A DNA stretch of 63,485 nucleotides, counting the filler, from Bigelowiella natans CCMP2755 (Eukaryota > Protista > Cercozoa): the NCBI GenBank assembly GCA_000320545.1. It is 4 parts of 4 records of this genome, joined end to end, with 100 filler letters (N's around TTAATTAATTAA, not from the genome) between each part and the next. Parts side by side here need not be neighbours in the genome. Positions count along the whole stretch, not along the records: positions 39,504 to 56,598 come from ADNK01002240.1; 3 more parts are not named here. The stretch is one strand, 5' to 3'. A program made the translations under genes and the position numbers. Under the pieces are notes generated by a model. It was not told the origin of the DNA. It was given only the letters and a program-made list of their open reading frames with translations, and did not search any database. How positions within the stretch are numbered: the first letter of the stretch is position 1; every line of letters begins with the position of its first letter. Positions 41,058 to 51,030 of this stretch are shown one piece after another.

Positions 41058-44000
41058 GATAGTGGCAGCATGCCGAAGTCCTTCATAAGCCTAAGCACAG
41101 TAAGAAGGTTAGGACTATTGGATCAAGTGACTAAGAAAGAACGTAAATATGCTCAAGCAGACGGAAGCTCTTCCATGAAGACCGTCGGTGAGCTAATGCT
41201 AAAGCTACAGATACCTGGCAGCGACGCGGAGACCCAAATCAAGACCCGAGTAGCCATGACTTTATCCATGGAACTACTCCTCGGACAGGATGCCCTAGAA
41301 AAATTAGGGGGGATCATATCATTCTACAATCACAAGATATACTTTGCTAAGTTGCCAAAGAAGTCAGGCAGGACCATCAGCCAGAACATGATACGGCTTG
41401 ACGAGTGGACCTCTGAGTCAAGCGTTAATGCGTTAGAGTTTATGGACCTAGCGGACAACAAGCTACCTACACCTACCGAGCTACGGAAGAAGAACCCCGG
41501 CAAGACCATCCGACAGATAACGGAGCTACTGGACAAGACCCCCCCAGCTGATGATTGGGATATCGACAAAGGCAAAAAGTACATTAATAAAATATTAAAC
41601 GAGAAGTACTCTGACATCACCAAGCCGACGACGAAGCCCTCCAGCAAGCTTACCCCAGTAAAGATCGAGCTAAAGAAGGGATACGAAGAGTGCATCATCA
41701 ATGACCCAGAACATAGGCGACCGGAAGCGGACTGGGAAAAGATAGAGTGGCAGATCAATGAATGGGCAAAGGAAGGGAAGATAGAGCCAAGCAACTCACC
41801 ATGGAACGTGAGACATGTGCTAGCTAAGAAACCTACTTACCCTTTCTTCCGCCTGGCGCACAACTTCATCCGCCACAACCGAGTAATAAAGAGGATCCAG
41901 ACACCTACACCAAGGATAGATGACGTTATTGAACACGTCATAGGATACAAATACTACTCTTCCCTAGATAAAAATGAATCATACATGCAGACACCCATCC
42001 ACAAAACCTCCCGCCCCATTACCGCGTTCTCCAGCAGGCACAGGAAGTGGCACTTCGTCGTATTCCCTTACGGCCTAAGCATATCAGGGGATGCGTTCAG
42101 TAGTCAGAACTACAGGGCATACACACATGATGGGATGGCGTCTGTGTTGTGGGTGTTTGTGTTTGTGTATGTGGATGATGACATAATATGTACCAACACA
42201 GTCGTCGCTCAGATCTTCCTCCTGGAAAATATATTTATTAGGTTTGCACACTTCGGTTTTACTATTAGACTGCAGAAGTGTACATTCCTAGCTACAAGAA
42301 TCAAGTGGTGTGGATATTACCTGGAGCAAGGCCGCATCACCCCAAACCCCGAGAAAGTAGCAGCACTACAGCAAGCCCCTAAACCTAAGAATGCAAAGGA
42401 GTTAAAGTCATTCTTGCAGACTGCAGCTTGGATACTACGTAGGTTCTCCCCTACCTACGCTAGGACTGCAGCTGCTTTTACTACTGCTTACCGGAAGGAG
42501 AACTCTGTAGGCCTCAGCTTCGCTAAGGTGTGGGCCAAGGCTGGCCTTGATGCCCACTTCGATAACCTAATAAAGTTATGCAGCAACACCCTATTGAATG
42601 CTAAGCTAGACACTACTAGACCAGCTACCCTATGGACAGACTGGTCTAAGCTAGGTATGGCTGCTGTACTTACCCAAGACCAGCAGATCATACGGGTGTG
42701 GGGCAGGGCCTGCACAGCAGCTGAGGCCAAGTACAGCCCTACAAAAGGAGAGTATAAAGCCATGACTGAGGCGCAGAGGAAACTAAGATACTACCTGCTG
42801 TCGGTGCCCAGCTTCACCTTAATGACTGACCACAAGCCCCTCCTAGGCATCGACCGCAAGCTCGAAGCGCCTAACGATGAGTATGCAGCTATGAGGGCGG
42901 ACACGGAAGAGTTTAGGGACAAGAGGACAGTGGTCTACGCACCAGGAGACAAGCAGCTTGCTGACTATTTCAGCAGGCTGTTCGAAAAGAAAGTCCCTAC
43001 CCAGGTCACCCCTATGGTTAACGCGATTACCTTCGAGGACGGCGACTTCCTGCCTGAGCCAGAGGAGCTCCAGCACCTTCAAGAACACCTGGATAAATAC
43101 AAACACAAGCATGAGGTACTTAGTGATAGGATATATGTATACACTAATAATGTTAGGCGTACCTACGTGCCACGGCGGACCAGGGGAGCCCTTCTCTTTA
43201 CCGCCCATGGACCTGCACACGTAGGAGAAAACCATATCACTGCTCTACTCTACCATTACTACTGGCCCTACAAGCTAAAAGAGATAAGGACATACCTGCG
43301 TGGCTGCAGGTGCTCCAGCTTGAAGGCGGCAGGCGTCGCCACCAAGGAGTCCAGCAAGAGCCGTGCATCTAAGAAAATCAAAGCAAGGAACTTCTTAGAT
43401 ATCGTGCAAATTGATGTTTATAAGTACGATGGCTATCACTACCTTACCTTCGTTGATGTGGCCACTGGAAAGTGCTGGGTTAAAAAGATTATCAAGGTCA
43501 ACGTTGCTAAGAAGAACAAAGGCTTATATAAGCAGAGGCTTACTAACTGCTACCGTACCTGGGAGTCTGAGCTCCAGGCTATCCCTGATGAAGTTAGCAT
43601 AAACAAGATACCAAAGAAGTTACATGTGGATAATGAGACCTCTCTTCTACAGCTACCACACCCTAATATTGATGCCTCACCTGTATACTATGCCCAGTCC
43701 AACTCCAAGGTAGAGCGACTCCACCGCACCTTGGCCAACCTAAGCAGGATAAATAGCACCACACCAGACAAGATACAAGGGTTAGTAAACGACACCTTCA
43801 CGTCTGGGGGAGGTATCAAGGATAAGGAGAGGGAAGAAGGCGACGACAACGACGACGATACCGAGAGCGAAGACGAGAAGGTCCCGTACGATGGCCGAGT
43901 TCTAAAGGAAGGACAGTATGTTAGGGCCAAGGTAAATCTGAGATCGAGAAATAAACAAGACCCCTTCTGGGGTGGCGTTGCAAAGGTTACCGAGAGGAAG

Positions 44001-44477
44001 GGGAGGAAGCAGTACTACATCTATGATGGGAACAGGGTCACCTTGCGCCACATCAGTCACCTAAAGAATTATGATATCGGTGAGAAGCTCCTAGAGGATG
44101 TTAAAGTAAACCCTACTGTGTGGGAGCGAGCAATGCCTTGTTTAGGACCCCGACCTAAGTTCGATGTGGAATATGGAAACAATAAGGTCAGGGTGAACGA
44201 CGATTGGCGCATGAAGATTGTCTATCTAGGCTACCCTGGATTACGAAATATGGAGAGGGTAGCTATGAAAATAAAGGACGGAAAATATCAGCTACTCTAC
44301 CTAGCTGTTCCCGACTTACCCTTTGAGCACTGGTATAAGGTCCTGGGGGACCTTGATGCAGAGGGCTGGTATGGACACGAACCTAAGGACGAAGGTGAGT
44401 TCTGGGTAAGCGACAAAGGAGATAAGGTTAGAGAGGAATCTATTACCTGGTGGTTGGTGAAGTTCCGAAAGCGATGA
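41058..44477 (+). CDS. pol: Pol: aspartic protease, reverse transcriptase, RNase H, integrase, C-terminal extra domain; in frame with gag
   Basis: DSGS (PR active site) and LLLGQDAL; IEPSNSPW, PYGL, YVDD (RT); TDWS, YSPTKGEY, TDHKPL, ADYFSR (RH); HGPAH...CRC, IVQID, HVDN, SNSKVER (IN). Confidence 0.95.
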   Translation, partial: DSGSMPKSFISLSTVRRLGLLDQVTKKERKYAQADGSSSMKTVGELMLKLQIPGSDAETQIKTRVAMTLSMELLLGQDALEKLGGIISFYNHKIYFAKLPKKSGRTISQNMIRLDEWTSESSVNALEFMDLADNKLPTPTELRKKNPGKTIRQITELLDKTPPADDWDIDKGKKYINKILNEKYSDITKPTTKPSSKLTPVKIELKKGYEECIINDPEHRRPEADWEKIEWQINEWAKEGKIEPSNSPWNVRHVLAKKPTYPFFRLAHNFIRHNRVIKRIQTPTPRIDDVIEHVIGYKYYSSLDKNESYMQTPIHKTSRPITAFSSRHRKWHFVVFPYGLSISGDAFSSQNYRAYTHDGMASVLWVFVFVYVDDDIICTNTVVAQIFLLENIFIRFAHFGFTIRLQKCTFLATRIKWCGYYLEQGRITPNPEKVAALQQAPKPKNAKELKSFLQTAAWILRRFSPTYARTAAAFTTAYRKENSVGLSFAKVWAKAGLDAHFDNLIKLCSNTLLNAKLDTTRPATLWTDWSKLGMAAVLTQDQQIIRVWGRACTAAEAKYSPTKGEYKAMTEAQRKLRYYLLSVPSFTLMTDHKPLLGIDRKLEAPNDEYAAMRADTEEFRDKRTVVYAPGDKQLADYFSRLFEKKVPTQVTPMVNAITFEDGDFLPEPEELQHLQEHLDKYKHKHEVLSDRIYVYTNNVRRTYVPRRTRGALLFTAHGPAHVGENHITALLYHYYWPYKLKEIRTYLRGCRCSSLKAAGVATKESSKSRASKKIKARNFLDIVQIDVYKYDGYHYLTFVDVATGKCWVKKIIKVNVAKKNKGLYKQRLTNCYRTWESELQAIPDEVSINKIPKKLHVDNETSLLQLPHPNIDASPVYYAQSNSKVERLHRTLANLSRINSTTPDKIQGLVNDTFTSGGGIKDKEREEGDDNDDDTESEDEKVPYDGRVLKEGQYVRAKVNLRSRNKQDPFWGGVAKVTERKGRKQYYIYDGNRVTLRHISHLKNYDIGEKLLEDVKVNPTVWERAMPCLGPRPKFDVEYGNNKVRVNDDWRMKIVYLGYPGLRNMERVAMKIKDGKYQLLYLAVPDLPFEHWYKVLGDLDAEGWYGHEPKDEGEFWVSDKGDKVREESITWWLVKFRKR

Positions 44478-44519
44478 AGGTCTAAGGGAATAAGGAAGGA
44501 AGGAAGGAGCAACGTGACT

Positions 44520-44528
44520 TGGGGGAGG
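44520..44528 (+). promoter_or_regulatory. Polypurine tract (plus-strand primer)
   Basis: gggggagg abuts the LTR-initial TG; a further purine run lies at ~44484-44509. Confidence 0.75.
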
Positions 44529-44773
44529 TGTAGCGCGTACCACTACGCGGGCACAAGTCACGTGCGACAACAAAGGGGTTGTCGCGGATATAGAATATAG
44601 ATAACGTAGATATTAATACAGCATGGGCACGTGGGTTCCGGCGGGACTCATGGCAGCACACCGGAAGTGTGCTGCCCCACGTGCGGCGGCATTCGCGAAA
44701 GCTTCGCGAATGATTACGCAGTGCACGATTTAATAAAAATATAATCTTTAATAAAAATAAACACAACTCTTCA
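44529..44773 (+). repeat. 3' LTR (~245 bp)
   Basis: Starts TGTAG right after the PPT, contains two AATAAA-rich blocks, and ends CTTCA (imperfect inverted terminus); composition changes abruptly afterwards. The right end is inferred because the 5' LTR is unavailable. Confidence 0.7.
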
Positions 44774-44935
44774 AAAGGAAGCAAACGTGCCTTCCCCCCC
44801 CCCTGCCTACTTGTGCACGTAGCGCCTCGGCCTGTGAACACCTTACGCGCAACATGTCTGTTCAAATTTCATCTGTCCTGTGACTGTGCGTGCGCATGTG
44901 TGCATCGCATCATCGTGCGTTGGTGTGTGACCCAA

Positions 44936-45003
44936 GCGCTGTGGCGCTGTGGCCGCTGCCAGCGCTGTGGCCGCTGCTAGCGCTGTGGCCGATGCTAGCG
45001 CTG
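44936..45003. repeat. 18-bp minisatellite (agcgctgtggccgctgct-like), ~3.5 copies
   Basis: Read directly from the sequence. Confidence 0.85.
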
Positions 45004-45598
45004 CTTTGCATGGCTAGATGGCCAGATAGCTACGTTTAGATGACCATTGAAAAAATTGACATGTTCATTTGAGCATTGCTCCTGTTGCATGCGCATCACT
45101 GATGCTTGTTAATGTTGAACCCGCAGAACCAATGAACATTGAGGAATCAAACCACTGAATGAAAGTCCTCTCATTGGCAAAAAAAGTTTTAGGTTCAATT
45201 CTAACTTGAGAAGCAATCATGGGATGATTGCATCCATGATGTTCGCAATCAATCTAAGGATTTAGAGCATGAAATTGTGTACCGAGAGTTTCAAAAATTC
45301 TGATATTACTGTTAATAATTTCCTGAGAGACGTCAGGATTTGCGTTTAAAATATTCTCATCATTTGTTTGTCCTTCCTGTTCTTTAATTGATGCTTGATG
45401 TTTTTTACACTCAGAACCTATGACACCATCATTGCATCCATCTCATGATTGTGTCTACAATGCAGCTAGCTAGCAGGCAATGCAATCAATCCGTCAACAA
45501 AACATCAAGACTGGCTGCTTCAGCGGCATTTTCAAAGTGTTTCGGACGCTTGGTGTGACCCGAAATCCCACATGCACTGTACTGCCTGTTCCTTTTCT

Positions 45599-47931
45599 TC
45601 ACATTGATGCACATGCTGCTCTTGTAGCAACCTGGTCTGCGGCCAGATCGTTGCACCGTCCGTGGAACGGACACGTTCTGAGCTGGCTGCGACAGAGAGG
45701 CAAGCACCGTGTCTCAATCATCTTCCCTTTTTTTTTCTCTTTCCTCTCCGCTGCCAAGGACAGCAAAGCATTCGAAGTCAACCTCAAGGCCGACAACTGC
45801 ACACCGGAGGAATCCATCCCAGACAAAGTGTCATGAACTCCATCCGCCAACGCATCAACGACGGTGTACAGGGCCATCGTTTTCGCCGCATACGCGCATG
45901 TGTTGTCAAACTTGGCTCTCAGGTTGAGATATCTCTTTCTGGGGTCGATGCCGTCTGCAACACCACCATCAAAATCCCCAACCAAAAGCTCCCTGTCATG
46001 GTCCTCCTCATGGTCCTCATTCTCATCGACGTCGATGTCGACATCGCTGTCATCTTCAGAATCGATGTTGGATTCGACATTGGATTCGACATTGGATTCG
46101 ACATCTGACGTCAATTCTGAATAATTCCTCTCAACAGGCAGGGCAAATGTTCGCTTCCACCTGTCAGCGAGCATCTTGTCGGAATGATTCAATTGGTTTT
46201 CATGGTCCAACACTTTCAGAATGTTCCTGCAGACGATGCGATATGCAGTGTCTTCGTGACAAGAGCACTGCCACCCGGGATCATATCCATCCAAGGCCAC
46301 GTTGCAGACGGTTACTGTTCTCTCGACCGGTTTTTCCCCATCACCAAGGTCTGTGCGATGACGCACCACGTAGCCATCAAACTTTTTTTCGACGTTGTAT
46401 TCGACCTGGTAATTGCCTATCACACCAAACTGGGTCTTCAAACGTTCGACGGCCCAGTTCGAGTTTAGCCTGGCAGCTTCCTTCAAAAACACATTCTTAC
46501 CAAGCCTCAGTTTCTTTTGGAGGATGTTCGTGGCGTTTTCATCTGCCTCCCTTTGTTCCTTGGCTCGCATGGAGCGATTGTGTCTTATGGTTGCAAAAAA
46601 ATATTGCACAAGCGAGAGCGTGCCATCATCTGTGAACAGATTGTAAGAGTCTATGGAGTTGTTCATCGACTCTGCTGCTGAGCTGTCATAGAATCCTAGG
46701 TTTATGTTCTTGTCGCGTTGATACTTGACGAACTCGGCGTCCCGTTGTTCCACGTATTCTTTGACCATGTTGACCTCGGCAGGAAAGTTCTCTTTGAAAG
46801 CATCCCACTTGCGCTTAAACTGAGCTTCAGATGAGGCATACAATATTTTTTTTATCTCTCTGACGGCAGCGGTGCGGTAACGGCGGCCAGCGAGACGTTT
46901 ACTGATATTTTGCCTCTTGTGCCACAAACAGCGCTGGACCTTGGCATCCTCAATTATTTCTGCCACCTTGTCTCCACTCACTCTGTCGTCCATTACGAAG
47001 GTGGGTTTCGGCAACATCCACGACCTTCTCTCGATGCCCATGATCGATTGGATTTGCTTCAATATTTCTTGCATTGATTCTGTGGTGTCACCCACTGCCA
47101 AGGAATAAGCGATCGGCAACACCATCTTCTCTTCACTTATCACAGATGGTATGAAGATGGAGAGATCATAGGCGACCCTCCCAGCCGCCCCGTCAAACAT
47201 GACAACGTCAGCGAGATTCCGAGCTCTTCGTATGTTGTCGCTGAACATCCATGTCACTCGCATCATCGTTCCGTCATCGTTCGTTGAAAATCTGAAAGAG
47301 ACAGACGACACTGTCAGTATCACAAGTCAAATGATCATCATCTTTGTGTCCATTACCTGTACTTCACAACTCCTCGTTTCTGGTATCTGTGCAGCGCTTC
47401 TATCAACGCTTTCCCACCATCGCTATTGTGTGCTATGTGAGCTAGTTCGCGCAGCAGTTCTTGCTCACGGGCTGTTTCCGTGTCAGGCAAAGAGATTAAA
47501 TCTTTGGGATCTGCGCTCTTTATCCGTTTATCCACCACAGCTTTTTTCACCCTTATGATCAAGTTGCGAATCTTCTCAGCTGATGTTCCCACCACCTTGT
47601 CATGCCCGTTTCGAATGATCCAAGCACGAATTTGCCGGTATTTGAGATTAAATTGAAGAAAGTCTGCCAACTTTTGCAACATAGGGTCCGATATTTTTTG
47701 GCCTCTCCTCTGGTCTATAATCCTCTTTCTTGCCTCGCTGCCCGCGTTGCACCGCACCGTGTGCTGGAGAAAGCTTGAGTTCACCCTCTGCACACCCTCC
47801 TCAACTTCTGGGGAACACACCATCACACCACACATGATCAACAACATCACCAAAAACGTAGCTCTGACACTAAGCTAATCGGATGCAGACATGGAAATCT
47901 GATACGGGAATCGAACCCGTGCCTCCGTTTG

Positions 47932-47971
<40 letters not shown>

Positions 47972-48301
47972 TTAATTCTGATTTTGAACTTACATCCGCA
48001 CTTTAGCGATGTCCGATTTCTTTTCTGATTTGTTTTTCTTTCCCTGTTGTCCTTTTTTTTCTTTCCGAAACTGACGCACGTGAAAACGCTAAGTTGATCC
48101 ATTGGAGATCCATTTTGATACACTCTAAAGCCAGTTTTCAACTGCAAGGTCAGTAACCTTCTCTATCAACTCTTTTCTCGAGCAATATATTTTATTTCCG
48201 GCCTTGAATTCGTGCCATTTGTCCCCGTGCTCCCGCGTCCAATCATCATCCATGACATGAGCCATAACATCCTCTTCTGAGTCCTCCTGATCACTCGCCA
48301 T
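45599..48301 (-). pseudogene. MULE/Mutator (FAR1-type) transposase with SWIM finger; two introns, one frameshift
   Basis: RTSLKCGCKFKIRIK (FAR1/WRKY-GCM1-like); VVMFD, PIAYSL, TFVMDD, RCLWHKRQNI, SAAESMN (DDE core with CxxH); WQCSC...VCRN (SWIM). Introns at ~47968-47809 and 47356-47292; frame change near 48140 (DLA / LKTGFRV). Confidence 0.88.
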
Positions 48302-49185
48302 GGTCACAAAGGCGAAATTGATAAGGAATTGAAAGCTCCGTTCCGTGCACTAAAATGTGATTTGGTGGAGGTCTAGAGGAGAGGTGAGAGGCGGGGGAGA
48401 GCGAGATGGGCAAGGGGATGGATGAGGGGCTCGAATGGATATTTGAATTTTTGAATCCGTTTATAAGTGCCCGGTATAAGCGGGTACTCTCGAGCACTCC
48501 CGGTTTTCATCTCCGGGGAAACATTAGGCGGTGCATAAAGGCGGGGACGCATAACATTTCTCTTTTGGAATAGACAACCGCACGCAGGGGCTGTTTCACC
48601 TCAACCAACATCTTGGCATGTCGTGCGCAGAAGAATATCATGAAATGGTGCCGCCATGCTGCTACCTGTGTGCCTTCGCCGACGACGAATGCCAATTTTT
48701 GTGCGGGTTGTTTTCTTGGAACTCACCTGGACGCGACATCAACAGTGCTGCGTTTCGGTTCCTGGGCGTGAAGACATGCCTATGCTTCCAAAAGGGCAAT
48801 AGTGTGTGCTTTTTAGCCACGTGTGGTCGTTGTTGTTCTCTTACTAACGAAGAAGGGTCGAGGGCAAGTTCTACATTGCAGAAATGCATTCGGTGCCCGT
48901 TTTCGCCATGTCTGGGAAATACGGACAAACTGACAAATGAGTGCGTACCGTTTGTGTATGCTAGCTATGAGAACGGTTTTGATTTCCCATGTGATGCTTT
49001 GTTTATGGATTAATTTTAAAATGTTCCGTTGAATCTTAAAAGCAAAAGGGTTCGTTACAAAGTATGCATTTAACTTTGAGTTGAAGAAACACGTTTTCAG
49101 ATCAGATTTTGTAGAGCACCTGATATTTTTCACAAAATACATATGTTGTGCGTACATATTTCTATTGCATAGTAAACAATTGTAA

Positions 49186-49237
<52 letters not shown>

Positions 49238-50048
49238 ATCTATATATGTATATAAATATACGTATTATTGCATACAGTGTACAATATGAGACGTATGTCT
49301 TTAGATGTGATTTGCTATGGATGATGATACGACGTTGGAAGCTTCTATTTTCCTAGATTTGTTATGCCTTGTTGTAGCGTCTCTGAGATTATAGAGATAG
49401 CAAATGTTATGCATGAGACGTATGTAATAAAGGTTACGATATCCCCCTGATGGAGCTTGACCGTAAAAGGAATGTTGTTTGTGTGTGCGTAACTATGAGC
49501 ACAAGGGGCCGTGCGCGTAACTTACCATTTTGATGAACGTCACATGTTGTCACAATGGACGTATAAAGTGTGTGTGTGTGTGTGTGCAAAGCAGCGGCTA
49601 CAGCTAGACAGCGCCCATGCTAGCATGTTGCATCTATTTGTTTCTGCTGTCATGTGAGACGGACATGCAAGAACACAAGGTACAAGCTGCAGCAGAAGCT
49701 AAAGCTAAGAGCAATGGCAATGCAGCAGACGAACAAAAAGCTAAAGACGAACGAACGAAAATTGAAGCTAAGCTTTTATTAGGAGGAGTCGAATTCACTC
49801 ACAAACACGCCATTGAAGCTCTCAAAGTGAGTGCTCAGAATCTCGACATCATTTTAGTCGTTTTTCGCGACGAAGTCCTCGACGTCGTTCCTGTTTCCCC
49901 CAAAGCCACATTCCTCAAAATCCTTCTTAAAATCCCCACTCGTTTGCACATCATGTCGATGCAATTCACTGGCTTTCGATTTGTTTCGTAATCTGAGCTG
50001 CCAGTGTTTGCATGACTGTGTGTGAGCGCGATGGCTGAAATCTCACGT

Positions 50049-51030
50049 CTACACGATTTCCATTTCTTCCCCGAGTTCAGAGATCCCTTCTTTGGCTGGC
50101 TGCACCTGTGCACTTGATGCAAACTTGCCTACAGGTCTAAGCTTGATGTCATCTGGAATTTTGGCATCTCGCTGGCGGTCGTCAATCTCCGGATCTTGAC
50201 AAATCCTCGTCCTCCCATAAATCTTGTCATGAATTCGCACCATCATGTAACACATGAAAAGATAGCTCCAGTGCAGGTGTTCTAGTGAAAATGAAAGGGC
50301 CTCAGCTAGGCCATGCTTTCGGCATTTATTGCAAGAGAATGGGCTTCCTGGTTTATTAGATGCAAAATAATTTCGGTTGCTCCTCTCACTGCCATCAATG
50401 GTCGGCTGATCGACACACAATGATTCCATCAGCACTGGACGGTAAAATTCTAATACTGAGGCACTATTTTGCACTGGATAGTAAATTTCTACTCTTCCCG
50501 AGGCATTAAAACGGCCTAGAGGGTAAAATTCTAATGCCGAGGCATTATTTTGTGCTAGATGCACCAAAGGATCTAGTTCATTATGATGTTGCTGGTAAAA
50601 TGCACAATTCTGTTTGATCACTTGTAATTCAGACTCTGGTATCAGTTTTAATTTACCTTCGTTACCATAAAAAGTTTGTTCGGAGATGCCAATTACAGCA
50701 TTATCCTCATCACTTGTAAATGTGATTTTTGAATCTGTGAATAGTGTACCACTACATGGCGCAATAGCAGCTGTGAAATTAATCCTTTTTTGAAAATCAA
50801 CATTGTTGAGGCTATTCACATAAATTTGGCATGCAGATTCGTATCCGTGCTTTATTAGTAGTTCGCCATTAGCCCTGAAATGCAAATTGAAGTGTTGCTC
50901 GAATTTGTCAGGATCGGAATAAGCGTTGGTGATTCGACGCGAGAAAACGATTGGTCTCGCTTTGCAATCACTTTCTGGGTTATCAAAGCTTTCCGAAGCA
51001 CATTCTTGGGGTGATGGGATGGTGATGCGA
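50049..51030 (-). CDS. Intronless orphan ORF (~330 codons open), probably TE- or virus-derived relic
   Basis: The 278-aa track ORF stays open ~50 codons further upstream without an ATG; internal repeats QNNASALEFYP / QNSASVLEFYRP; no family recognised. Confidence 0.4.

Larger units (their letters stand above)
39504..44773 (+). mobile_element. Ty3/Gypsy LTR retrotransposon (5' LTR hidden in gap)
   Basis: Intronless gag-PR-RT-RH-IN order, followed by a polypurine tract and a TG...CA LTR. Confidence 0.95.

Noticed and set aside
44936-45003. Short repeats as a possible CRISPR array (also 22313, 29280, 46065-46103)
   Set aside because: Head-to-tail tandem copies without unique spacers, no cas genes, eukaryotic context.
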